Shown: positions 12,205 to 23,423, numbered from the whole stretch's first letter. The stretch is 63,689 nucleotides of DNA, filler included, from Octopus bimaculoides (GCF_001194135.2; 8 parts of 7 records of this genome joined end to end with filler, not necessarily neighbours in it), one strand, 5' to 3'. Notes: generated by a model from the sequence alone, not told the origin. Made by a program: numbers and translations.

Positions 12205-12330
12205 TGTATACATACATATATGTACATACCTACATCTACATGTATATATAGATGCAAATCCGGGTATAGGACGTCAAAAAACGTGGACAAAAAAGGAACG
12301 AGAATACAAACATATTGGAAAATGCGTGAA
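12205..12330 (-). repeat. Unclassified interspersed repeat, second copy at 37380-37485
   Basis: Reverse complement gtccacg..tgacgtcctatacccggatttgcatctata..tgtagatgtaggtatg aligns by eye with gtctacg..tgtcctgtacccagatatgcacctata..ggtggatgtcggtatg. Confidence 0.55.
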
Positions 12331-12365
12331 ATCCTTGGTACAGTTTGGTATATTTGAATAAATAT

Positions 12366-12402
<37 letters not shown>

Positions 12403-12405
<3 letters not shown>

Positions 12406-12562
12406 GCCGGGTTTCTTTCAGTTTCCGTCTACCAAATCCACTCACAAAGCTTTGGTCGACCCCAAGCTATAATAGAGGACACTTGGCCAAGGTACCACGC
12501 AGTGGCACTGAACCGGGAAGCATGTGGTTGAGAAATATGCTTCTTACCACACAGCCACGCCT
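12403..12562 (-). mobile_element. CORE-like SINE (family B), 5' part
   Basis: Reverse complement gives tRNA-like head ggcgtggctgtgtggtaag..cccggttcagtgcc and a CORE-like accttggccaagtgtcctctattatagcttggggtcgacc. Confidence 0.85.
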
Positions 12563-12670
12563 ATTTATATCGAGCTCGGAAGTATGAACGGCAAAAAACT
12601 TGATGGCATTTGAACTCAAAATATAAAAGAACCGTGATTAAATATCGAAAGGGCATTATAACGCACTAAC

Positions 12671-12731
12671 GATTTCGTTGAAAGATTTCGCCGAAAGATT
12701 TCGCTGAAAGATTTCGCTGAAAGATTTCGCT
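12671..12731. repeat. 13-bp tandem repeat (GATTTCGCTGAAA) x about 4.7
   Basis: Direct sequence; abuts the 5' end of a decayed family A SINE at about 12570-12680. Confidence 0.9.
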
Positions 12732-12882
12732 TTGCCGCTTAGTTTGGTTTTTCTTTCGTTGCTGCTCATATTTTTCTCCATTTTTGTATACAGACCAACC
12801 AAACAAACAAGAGAAACGATCGCTGTTGTTATTGCACTAAGTATCCCCCGAAAACAAGTGCTAGAATGAAAGGAGAGGGGGG

Positions 12883-12982
12883 NNNNNNNNNNNNNNNNNN
12901 NNNNNNNNNNNNNNNNNNNNNNNNNNTTAATTAATTAANNNNNNNNNNNNNNNNNNNNNNNNNNNNNNNNNNNNNNNNNNNN
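12883..12982. other. Artificial scaffold spacer (44N-TTAATTAATTAA-44N)
   Basis: Exactly 100 bp; palindromic six-frame-stop 12-mer at 12927-12938. Confidence 0.9.
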
Positions 12983-13679
12983 CATTCTCTCGTTTAACTG
13001 TGAGGAAGGAAGACTAGGAAATTCTTTTTCGAACGAAACACTGCAAAATGCAGCGTTCGTGTCACAAAGATTTTCATGGCTACAAGACGCCATCGTCTCA
13101 AAAAAAAAATGGCTAGAAAGCCGAAATTGGTTTTTATATCCTGGAAATGTGCCACACAGGGCAGATTTCCGTCGCAAAAAACTTGCACCAGAGAGTCTAC
13201 AAGTTGTTATACAACTTTGTATATAAAATAAACTTTACAAACAAACTTTTTAAAACATGAAAAAGGCAAAACTTACAGAGCCGACACGTCTACCGTCCGT
13301 CCATAGATAGATAGATAGATAGATAGATTGACAGATAGATAGGCTGGTGGTAGGTAGGTAGGAAGATAGATAGATATAGATGGATAGATGTAAATAAAAC
13401 ACACACATACACTAATATACGTACGTACACATAGATATTAGCTGTGAGCTACAGGAACGACTGAAGAGCCTAAACTTTCGTGCGAAACCACTTGAGAAAC
13501 CTGTTTTACTCGTGGTGACCCCTATTGAATGAGAAACGCTTGTCCACCACTGTTCCCTGGTCTCTAAACGATCAGTCTGTCTTTTCTTGGATGGTATGTC
13601 ACTTTTAGAGAATCTTGTTTCTTGAATTTATCTCCTTTGGAGTTGGTCACAATCGTCCCCCCTCCCCCACATACATTTA

Positions 13680-13812
13680 CCAAATCTATTCACAAAGCTT
13701 TGATTGCACCGAGGGTAATAGTAAAAGAAAATTGGCCGAAGCGACGCGCGGTGAGACCGAACCCACGACGACATACATGTGAAGTAAGCTCCTTAATCAC
13801 ACAATCACCTAT
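13680..13812 (-). mobile_element. Degenerate CORE-like SINE (family B)
   Basis: accaaatctattcacaaagctttg..gagaccgaaccc..aagtaagctccttaatcacac. Confidence 0.6.
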
Positions 13813-13870
13813 ATGCAAACACGAAGACATCACTTCACGACACGTTATTCCTTCGAGTCGCACAAAATAT

Positions 13871-14087
13871 CCTTTTCTACTCTAGGCAGAAGGCCCAAAA
13901 TTTTGGGGAGGGAGCCAGTCGATTGGATGGACCCCAGTACGCAACTGGTTCTTAACTTATCGACACCCGAAAGGATAAAAGGTAAACATCGACCTCGGCG
14001 GAATTTGAACTCAGAAAGTAAAGACAGGCGAAATACCGATAAGCAATTCGGCCGGCGTGCTAACCACTCTGCCAGTTCGCCACCTTA
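13871..14087 (-). mobile_element. SINE family A, full-length short-tail type
   Basis: Reverse complement matches 10195-10415 along its length. Confidence 0.85.
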
Positions 14088-14951
14088 CAGGAAACTAGAT
14101 ATTGGATCACTTTAAACCTGTAATCAACGAATTTATTGTTCGCCAAAATGCGATTAAAAGCACTAGTGGTGATACAATCGAAAAAATATCACTCCCCAGA
14201 AAATGTGTGGCATTGTGGGGTAATGTTAGTAATTATTATTTATTTTTACAAAGAAGGTCATTTTACAAAATAATAGATCGTTAACAGGTTTTATAAGATG
14301 TCATGTACAGAAGCTCCTAAGCTACAACTGTCAAAGAAGCCTGCTTCCCAAACAATCTAATGAGGCTAGCTTTAGTTTCGTATATTTCACGGAGACTCCA
14401 TAAAACTATATTTATTTTCTTAAATTTTTATTTTCAAGTGATTGAGATTATATCTATGTGTATGTATGTGTGTGTGTGTATGTATGTGCATGTGTGTATA
14501 CACACGCGTACACACGATATATACATACGTATATATGCATGTACATATATAAACACACACATATATATATATATAAATATATGTATGTATGAGTATGTAT
14601 GCATGTGTGTGTATGTGTGTACATTTTTGGGCTATGTTTGTATGAATGCATGAATATATGTATGTGAATATGTGCGTGCTTATATGTATATATATGTTAC
14701 AGTTTGTAAATGAAAGGGGAACATAGTACTCAATACATAGGATACAGTTTCCTCAGATATTTATTTAAACCGAAGATATGATCACTGGTCTCAATTCACG
14801 CTCCGAAATCTTTCAAAGGACTGAAAGATCGCTGAGCGGTAAAAACGAGCAGAGCCCAAGTCTGAAGTTTAAACAAATAAGTATACATATATAAATAGAT
14901 GTATGCACCTATGTGTGTATGTATGTATGAATGTATGTATGTACATGTATA

Positions 14952-14984
<33 letters not shown>

Positions 14985-15654
14985 NNNNNNNNNNNNNNNN
15001 NNNNNNNNNNNNNNNNNNNNNNNNNNNNNNNNNNNNNNNNNNNNNNNNNNNNNNNNNNNNNNNNNNNNNNNNNNNNNNNNNNNNNNNNNNNNNNNNNNNN
15101 NNNNNNNNNNNNNNNNNNNNNNNNNNNNNNNNNNNNNNNNNNNNNNNNNNNNNNNNNNNNNNNNNNNNNNNNNNNNNNNNNNNNNNNNNNNNNNNNNNNN
15201 NNNNNNNNNNNNNNNNNNNNNNNNNNNNNNNNNNNNNNNNNNNNNNNNNNNNNNNNNNNNNNNNNNNNNNNNNNNNNNNNNNNNNNNNNNNNNNNNNNNN
15301 NNNNNNNNNNNNNNNNNNNNNNNNNNNNNNNNNNNNNNNNNNNNNNNNNNNNNNNNNNNNNNNNNNNNNNNNNNNNNNNNNNNNNNNNNNNNNNNNNNNN
15401 NNNNNNNNNNNNNNNNNNNNNNNNNNNNNNNNNNNNNNNNNNNNNNNNNNNNNNNNNNNNNNNNNNNNNNNNNNNNNNNNNNNNNNNNNNNNNNNNNNNN
15501 NNNNNNNNNNNNNNNNNNNNNNNNNNNNNNNNNNNNNNNNNNNNNNNNNNNNNNNNNNNNNNNNNNNNNNNNNNNNNNNNNNNNNNNNNNNNNNNNNNNN
15601 NNNNNNNNNNNNNNNNNNNNNNNNNNNNNNNNNNNNNNNNNNNNNNNNNNNNNN

Positions 15655-15690
<36 letters not shown>

Positions 15691-15691
<1 letters not shown>

Positions 15692-15887
15692 CTCTCTATT
15701 GCCCACAGGGGGGGGGGCTAAACATAGAGAGGACAAACAAGGAGAGACAAAGGGATGAAGTCGATTACATCGTCCCCAGTGCATAACTGGTACTTATTTA
15801 ATCGACCCCCGAAAGGATGAAAGGCAAAGTCGACCTCGATGGAATTTGAACTCAGAACATAACGGCAGACGAAATACCGCTAAGCAT
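15691..15887 (-). mobile_element. SINE family A, long-tail monomer
   Basis: Same core; the tail reads tttgtctctccttgtttgtcctctctatgtttagccc..gtgggcaata and runs into (TA)n. Confidence 0.8.
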
Positions 15888-16362
15888 GAATAATAGGAAA
15901 TGGTTGGAACGACATTCATGCTTTAAATTCACAACAGTTGTTTCCACGCATCGTCACACCCAGAGTACATTGTTGAGATGATACAATTAACATATTGTGT
16001 TAATCACCAACATCCATCAGAAACGTAGGATGTGTTTCTTCAGATGTTTTTTTTTTTTTCAGTAAGTCTTATATCAGATCCTTCGGCCATTTCACTTTGT
16101 ATGAGAATGCATCCCCAAAGCAGTGTGCATTTGCAGCGGACGAGACTAAAACCATGGACATAGTAACAGAGAAAACCCCAAATATCATGAAAATATCCCT
16201 TGCCTTGTTACAACAAGGTACCATGGGATATATACACATATGCTTCTTTTATTTCTTTTACACACACACACACACACANNNNNNNNNNNNNNNNNNNNNN
16301 NNNNNNNNNNNNNNNNNNNNNNNNNNNNNNNNNNNNNNNTATATATATATATATATATATAT

Positions 16363-16517
16363 ATGACAGGCTCCTTTCAGTTTCCGTCAGCCAAATCCAC
16401 TCACAAGGCTTTAGTCGGCCCGAGGCTATAGTAGAAGTCACTTGCCGAAGGTGCCACGCAGTGGGACTGAACCCGGAACTATGTGGCTGAGAACCCAGCT
16501 TCTAACCATACAGGCAC
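16363..16517 (-). mobile_element. CORE-like SINE (family B)
   Basis: tttcagtttccgtcagccaaatccactcacaaggc..cacttgccgaaggtgccacgcagtgggactgaacccgg. Confidence 0.85.
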
Positions 16518-16825
16518 TTCTGTATGTAACGGGCAAAGGGTACTTTAGCTGCCCTTCAAGCAAACAGCTGATAAGCACGGAAATGGTGAGTCTTCATCAC
16601 TTTATGCCATTATTATCTCCAAACACTTAATTTTATGCTTGAATCTACTTTGCTTTTTTTTTTGTCTTCCTTATAAATCTTACAACGAAGATAAGATTGC
16701 AATCTGTGGCTGACTTGACAGCCTTTTTTTTTGTATCTGTTTCTTTGTTTCTTTATTTTCTATTTTGATGATTCTTAACGTTTTGTCCCCACGAAACTGC
16801 GGGCCTTGAGCCAGCATTTGAAATC

Positions 16826-16917
16826 ATCATCGTCGTCATCAGCATCATCATCGTCGTCATCAGCATCATCATCGTCGTCATCAGCATCATCATCGTTGTT
16901 GCTGTTGTTGTTGTTGT

Positions 16918-16985
<68 letters not shown>

Positions 16986-17092
16986 TAGGAGTAGACAGAC
17001 AGACGGACGGACAGGCAGACAGATAGCTATACAGACCGAGAAACAGACAGACCGACAGACAGACAGACAAACAGACAGACAGCCAGACAGAC

Positions 17093-17138
<46 letters not shown>
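16826..17138. repeat. Compound microsatellite (ATC)/(AGC)/(AGT)/(GACA)/(GATA)
   Basis: Direct sequence. Confidence 0.9.
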
Positions 17139-17139
<1 letters not shown>

Positions 17140-17150
17140 CGTATGAGCGC

Positions 17151-17554
17151 GTGTGTGCTTTGTGTTTGTCCCTCACGACCAATTACAACTGGTATTGGTT
17201 TGTTTATGTCTTTTTCTCATTGACGGAGATCCAAATACAAGTACGAAATATGTATTTACTGAATATATCTTTTACGAGTTGAAACACCAACGCTGATTGC
17301 CAAGCGGTGGTGAGGCGCAAACACAGACACAAAGACACACACACATAGATATACTTATATAAACGTATATACGACGGACTGCTTTCAGTGTCTGTCTACG
17401 AAATCCACTCACAAGGCTTTGGTCTGCCCGAGGTAATAGTAGAAGACACTTGCCCAAGGGGCCACGCTGTGGGACTGAACCCTGAACAATGTGATTGTGA
17501 AGCAAGCTTTTTACCACACAGCCACACCCGCCCCTACACAGCCACGCCTGCGCC
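17151..17554 (-). mobile_element. CORE-like SINE (family B) with body
   Basis: Head and core as in other B copies, with a duplicated acacagccac end. Confidence 0.75.
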
Positions 17555-18507
17555 TGATAATATATANNNNNNNNNNNNNNNNNNNNNNNNNNNNNNNNNN
17601 NNNNNNNNNNNNNNNNNNNNNNNNNNNNNNNNNNNNNNNNNNNNNNNNNNNNNNNNNNNNNNNNNNNNNNNNNNNNNNNNNNNNNNNNNNNNNNNNNNNN
17701 NNNNNNNNNNNNNNNNNNNNNNNNNNNNNNNNNNNNNNNNNNNNNNNNNNNNNNNNNNNNNNNNNNNNNNNNNNNNNNNNNNNNNNNNNNNNNNNNNNNN
17801 NNNNNNNNNNNNNNNNNNNNNNNNNNNNNNNNNNNNNNNNNNNNNNNNNNNNNNNNNNNNNNNNNNNNNNNNNNNNNNNNNNNNNNNNNNNNNNNNNNNN
17901 NNNNNNNNNNNNNNNNNNNNNNNNNNNNNNNNNNNNNNNNNNNNNNNNNNNNNNNNNNNNNNNNNNNNNNNNNNNNNNNNNNNNNNNNNNNNNNNNNNNN
18001 NNNNNNNNNNNNNNNNNNNNNNNNNNNNNNNNNNNNNNNNNNNNNNNTATATATATACATATATATATATACACATATATATATACATACATCTATATCT
18101 ATATCGATAGGTAGATATACATGTATGTATGTATGTATGTATGTATGTATGCTTAAGAAACACTTATTTTGCCTGTAAGAATGATTTATATCTTAAATCA
18201 CTCGTGACACGCTGTTTTGGTATAATTTACCTCATCAGAACCACCTCCTCCATTTCTGCCACGCCCCCTAAACAAAGCAGAAACAAAAGCAATCTTGGTA
18301 GGTCTGTATAAGGTTTACTATTTTTCTGTTTTTTAAATAGATATGTTTATGTTTTCTGATGTTATTCCTAGCACGGATTTCATACTGTATCTAATTTTGA
18401 CACGCAATTTTGATATTTACATTTCGTGTTTTTTTCCCTGTTACTAGGTGGTACACTAATAAAACTGAAGTACTTCATCACAGCGGAATATCTGTATGAT
18501 GATGATG

Positions 18508-18552
<45 letters not shown>

Positions 18553-18575
18553 TTAATAATAAAATTAATAATAAT

Positions 18576-18638
18576 CTTCTCTTTATTGGCCACAAGGGCC
18601 GAACACAAAACAAAGGAGATAATACAACACAAGGGACA
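18576..18638 (-). mobile_element. LINE-like 3' tail with AATAAA and (AAT)n
   Basis: Reverse complement ..gttcggcccttgtggccaataaagagaag followed by (att)n resembles the tail at 20956-20995. Confidence 0.45.
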
Positions 18639-18642
18639 TTGT

Positions 18643-18780
18643 TGTAGTTGATAATATGATGAAGGAAAAGAAGATCATAGATGTTGTCATACTTGGAGAC
18701 GTACAAGTGGATAAGAAAGAGCTAGAACAGTTTCGAGAAATACAAACCACTAAAAGTTGAAAATACCACGAATATGAACA
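18643..18780 (+). pseudogene. Degenerate R4/Dong-type restriction-like endonuclease fragment
   Basis: Translates with frameshifts to KKIIDVVILGD..DKKELEQ..EKYKPLKVEI, parallel to the IDVSIPxD..KEMEKLSKYKDLEIEI motif at 18972-19244. Confidence 0.45.
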
Positions 18781-18872
18781 ATGAAGGTACTAACTGTCAT
18801 GCTTCAATCACCGAATTACACTCGATTGTTGGTGATGTACTCTAGTCTATGCTCGTATTATTATTATTATTA

Positions 18873-19244
18873 TTCAGTAGTTTTATTTTTATAACGTGCT
18901 TTCACTTCACTACCGAGCGCAGCTCTGTGCGCCTTGGGTATGTGCTGTGGTTTGCTGTGGTGCTCTTATGTTTACTGTATTGAAAGTGTTTTGCGTAGAA
19001 TGTGTGCAGTACCCAGTAGTGCAATTTTCTGTATGTTATATATATTTGTAAGTCCTGGTGTTTTTGTTATGTATTTGTCTGAATATTTTTTTATTATACC
19101 TAAGGCACCTACTATGATAGGAATTGTTTCTGTTTTTAGATTCCACATTCGAGTTATCTCTATTTCCAGGTCTTTGTATTTTGAAAGTTTTTCCATTTCT
19201 TTTAGAGAAACGTTGTCATCTGCTGGTATTGATACATCAATTAG
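18873..19244 (-). mobile_element. R4/Dong-clade non-LTR retrotransposon 3' end, copy A
   Basis: LIDVSIPADDNVSLKEMEKLSKYKDLEIEITRMW..IVGALG..ALLGTAHILRKTL (restriction-like endonuclease C-terminus); the 3' UTR ends in (AAT)n, consistent with Dong TAA-repeat targeting. Confidence 0.85.
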
Positions 19245-19254
19245 NNNNNNNNNN

Positions 19255-19625
19255 TGCTTTCACTTCACTACCGAGCGCAGCTCTGTGCGCCTTGGGTATG
19301 TGCTGTGGTTTGCTGTGGTGCTCTTATGTTTACTGTATTGAAAGTGTTTTGCGTAGAATGTGTGCAGTACCCAGTAGTGCAATTTTCTGTATGTTATATA
19401 TATTTGTAAGTCCTGGTGTTTTTGTTATGTATTTGTCTGAATATTGTTTTATCATACCTAATGCGCCCACTATGATAGGAATTGTTTCTGTTTTTAGATT
19501 CCACATTCGAGTTACCTCTATTTTCAGGTCTTTGAATTTTGTAAGTTTCTCCATTTCTTTTAGAGAAACGTTGTCATCTGCTGGTATTGATACATAAATT
19601 AGAAAGCATCTTTTTTTCTTCATGA
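19255..19625 (-). mobile_element. R4/Dong-clade non-LTR retrotransposon 3' end, copy B
   Basis: ORF 19330-19635 KKKRCFLIYVSIPADDN..; near-duplicate of copy A across a 10-N gap. Confidence 0.85.
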
Positions 19626-19694
19626 TCTCTGACAACTATATCTGGCCTATTGGCCTTAATTTATCTATCTATCTATCTATCTTCATCATCATCA

Positions 19695-20054
19695 TTATTA
19701 CCTCCGCCTTAGCGAAGGCGGAGGTATTGTTCTCAGTCGTGTTTGTTTGTTTGTTTGTCTGTGGACAAGATTTCTCAAGAACTGCTGAATGGATTCGGAT
19801 GAAACTTTCAGGGATGTTTGGCCTCTTGACTGACACGAACTGATTAGATTTTGGGATCAATCCGGTACCAGACAAGGATTCTGGATTATTTTTCCGGTTT
19901 TTTAAACTTAATTTCTGATAGCGGTCGGGTTCATTTTTAGTATTTACGTTTGTGAGAGCAGTCGAGTTTATTTCAGATGTTCTCATTTTAAAAATCATCT
20001 CTGGCTAATCGTTGAGAGGACGTTGGTGTTGCCTTGGCGGAGGTTTGCACTCTC
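19695..20054 (+). mobile_element. Helentron-associated (HINE/DINE-1-like) non-autonomous element
   Basis: 5' 12-bp hairpin TACCTCCGCCTT-agcg-AAGGCGGAGGTA (19699-19726), (GTTT)n, and 3' subterminal inverted repeat GGCGGAGGT (20036-20044); the 3' end runs into (CTT)n. Confidence 0.7.
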
Positions 20055-20086
20055 TTCTTCTTCTTCTTCTTCTTCTTCTTCTTCTT

Positions 20087-20175
<89 letters not shown>
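20053..20175. repeat. (CTT)n-(ATT)n compound microsatellite
   Basis: Direct sequence. Confidence 0.95.
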
Positions 20176-20177
20176 CA

Positions 20178-20383
20178 AGACGGCGAGCTGGCAGAAACGT
20201 TGGCACGCCGGGCGAAATGCTTAGCGGTATTTCGTCTGTCTTTATGTTCTGAATTCAAATTCCGCCGAGGTCGACTTTGCCTTTCATCCTTTCGGGTTCG
20301 ATAAATTAAGCACCAGTCGCGTACTGCGGTTGATCTAATCAATTGGGCCCCTCCCCCAAAATTTCGGGCCTTGTGCCTAGAGT
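20178..20383 (+). mobile_element. SINE family A, full-length short-tail type
   Basis: ggcgagctggcagaaacgttggcacgccgggcgaaatgcttagcgg..ttgtgcctagag. Confidence 0.9.
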
Positions 20384-20405
20384 TGTTGTTGTTGTGGTTT
20401 TTGTT

Positions 20406-20995
20406 GGCGCTCCTATAGTGCTTGAGCAGTGCCTAGTTGTAGAGATATGCCTAACGGCTGTTATTTCATGCAGGACAGATCCGGCTGGCCGGCTTCATCG
20501 TGAAGATCGCCCCACCGCCTTCCTTTGGTCTGGTGGTCGTAGCGAAAGAAGTTGTGTGGTGGACGAGACCGGGAAGACTGAAGACATACACTTTTCGCTT
20601 TGCCCAATCCTTCATCGACTTTTGAAAAGTAAGGTGAGGTGAGAGGAATGTGGTGTCCCTACTCCGGCCCAAGTAAATTTGTTGAAAGGTGGGTGAATGT
20701 GGTGAGGATGGTTCGAAGCAGGTCCGACTGTAAGCTGACAAATAAAGAGGAGATATTAGGATTGCCAGGGTACTCCTGATAACTTGGGTGGACAGGGATC
20801 TTTGTGGTTCCTCGGATGACACTGGGTTAGATTTTCCTACTATTAAGGAATTTGTTAAAAATTTGTAATTGTTATTGTTTCAATTATTTACACGAATGTT
20901 TTTAATGTAAATCCTCACCGTCCTTTGTTTTTGTATTGTCCTAAATGTCCTTCGCGGCCCTTGAGGTCAATAAAGAAAGAATTATCATTATTATT
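20406..20995 (+). mobile_element. Decayed Tx1/L1-like LINE 3' fragment
   Basis: Broken frame LVVVAKEVVWWTR..ERWVNV, a T-rich 3' UTR, AATAAA at 20969-20974 and an (ATT)n tail; clade assignment is from recall. Confidence 0.5.
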
Positions 20996-22029
20996 GTCAA
21001 AACGATAAAAACAAGACTTCCTTCTCAGTTACACAATAATTCAAGTGTTAGTTGTGTATACATCTAACGAGACATAGCAAGCACACTATAAGGAGATGTT
21101 TAAGTAGCCAGACACAATAGCCACAATGTCATTAGGTACCCGAGATGTAAATACTCTTAAATGTCAACAAAATATCTAGACATGAAGGGGAAAGAAAAGA
21201 AGCGGGTGGAGACGGCTATCGGGGATGTGTCGATTTCTGTGAGCTCGTGTGTGTGAGTGTATGTATGCATGTATACACACACACACACACACACACACAC
21301 ATACTCATTCTCCCATACACCCCTACATATATACACTCAGAGAGACACACACATACGCACATATATATATATACATGTGTGTGTGTACGTGTGTGTGTGT
21401 GCGTGTTTGTGTGTACGTGTGTTTACGTGTGTGTAGGAGAATGTAGGAATGTCTAGAAGTGTTTGTGTGTGAGCGTGTGGTGTGCAACTAAAGATTAGAT
21501 GCTTCTTTTTCGGCATTTTTCTCTCTTTTTATTTCGTTAATTGGGGGTAACGACGATGACGGCTCCGACAACTTCGACTTCGACGTCGCCGCTCCCTTTT
21601 CTCTCTCCTTCTCACCCCTTTATACACCGCGCCGTCCTTCCTTAATGTGAATCTATGAAAGCCCTTTTCTTATGAACACTCGGGACTCTATTAAAATCAC
21701 AACATTAACATTAATCCGCCAACCCCCGTCAACCACATACAAGTACACGAACACNNNNNNNNNNNNNNCACACTTCCTGCCACACCCGCCCCCGCTCCCA
21801 ATAAATCCCACCCCCATCTCCAGTCTATTACTTTCTTCACAGCTATCCAACCAACCACCCTACTATAACACTCATGTTTCTACCCGTCCCCTTTATGTGC
21901 TATGCAGCTCTATCAAAGATTTTCCAACCGACAGTCGAATAATACCCGCCAATGCCTTCACTCAACCTTAAGTTTTAAACAACAAAAACCAAATTAAAAA
22001 AAAAAAAACCACAAACAAAAACGCTCAGG

Positions 22030-22241
22030 ACTCACCATCCACCCGACCTACGCAATTCCCAAATACGATCTTTCACCACTCACCCTCGCCCGTCTTTAAT
22101 CGGGTAATCAAAGGACGCTTACACGCAACGTGTGTGTGTGTGTGTGTGTTTGTGTGTAATACAAATATATACATACACACGCATGTATGTATGTATGCAT
22201 GTATGTACCTATCTATCTATTAGCTGGATAGTCACGACTGA
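22030..22241 (-). promoter_or_regulatory. Candidate initiator and first exon ending ATG|GTGAGT
   Basis: TCAGTC initiator-like motif at 22241-22236; two GTGAGT donors (22083-22078 and 22035-22030), the second directly after ATG (22038-22036); locally CpG-rich. Confidence 0.25.
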
Positions 22242-22600
22242 GTGCGCGCCAAGTGGAACGTGATAGTGCAGGGTGGGTGTGGCTTTCCCGCTTTGTTCTC
22301 ACTTCTCAGTATTCAAACGTGTGTGCGTGTGTGTGTGTGTGTGCGTGTGCGTGTGCGTGTATGTATGTATGTATGTATGTATGTATGTGTGTGTATATAT
22401 ATTGTACGAATACGTATATATATTTATCTTTATGTATGTGTACATGTGTGTACAAATGTGTGTGTATTGTGTGCGCGTGTGTCAGTATAAATAAACGTAC
22501 ATTGTGGGTCTTCAAAGATCGGTATGTTGGTACAATAAGAACATATGAAAGAGTAATAAAATCCCAATGAATGACTGGTATTCAATATTCAAAATTAGAG

Positions 22601-22787
22601 AGGCGGCGAGCTGTCAGCATCGCTAGCACGTCGGCTGAAATGCTTCTGAGTTCAAATTCCACCGAGGTTGACTTTACTTTTCATCCTTTTCGGGGTCGGT
22701 AAAATAAGTACCAGCTGCGTATTGGGGTCGATGTAATCGACTTACACTCACCAACGAAATTGGTGACATTGCGCCAACATTTAAAAT
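22601..22787 (+). mobile_element. SINE family A with internal deletion
   Basis: aggcggcgagctg..gagttcaaattccaccgaggttgact..gggtcggtaaaataagtaccag. Confidence 0.8.
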
Positions 22788-22888
22788 CAATATTTAAAAT
22801 TAGAATAGAAAATAGAAAATATACTAACTCACAAGGGTTTGCAATCACCGAAATTAAATATTGATTTCTCAATATTGAATGCAATCTA

Positions 22889-23300
22889 AGGCGACGAGCT
22901 GGCAGAAACGTTAGCACGCCGGGCGAAATGCTTAGCGATATTTCGTCTGCTGTTACGTTCTGAGTACCAAATTCCGCCGAGGTCGACTTTGCATTTCATC
23001 CTTTCGGGGCTGATAAATTAAGTATCAGTTACGCACTGGGGTCGATGTAATCAACTTAACCCCTTTGTCTGTCCTTGTTTGTCCCCTCTATGTTTAGCCC
23101 CTCGTGGGCAATAAAGAAATAAGAAACATTAGTACGCTGGGCGAATTGCTTAGCGGTATTTCGTCTGTCTTTACGTTTTGAGTTCAAATTCCGTCGAGGT
23201 CGACTTTGCTTTTCGTCCTTTCGGGATGTAATGGGGTCGATTTAATCGACTGACCCCCTCCCCCAAAATCTTGAGTCTTGTATTTAGAGTAGAAAATATT
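22889..23300 (+). mobile_element. Dimeric SINE family A (long-tail monomer fused to short-tail monomer)
   Basis: Junction aataaagaaataag|aaacattagtacgctgggcg at about 23123; the same junction occurs in 39338-39761. Confidence 0.85.
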
Positions 23301-23423
23301 TATAGGCGGGGTCTCCATTATGACCACAGCCCACAGGCATGCAAAAACTAATAAAAGATTGAGTAATAGTCACACACTTTTTGGTTGGGGTGGATAGTCT
23401 ATTAAGCTGTACACAACAATAGC

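Noticed and set aside
21617-21624. TATAAAGG on the minus strand
   Set aside because: No initiator at the expected distance, and the downstream ATG frame runs into microsatellite and stops at 59 codons.
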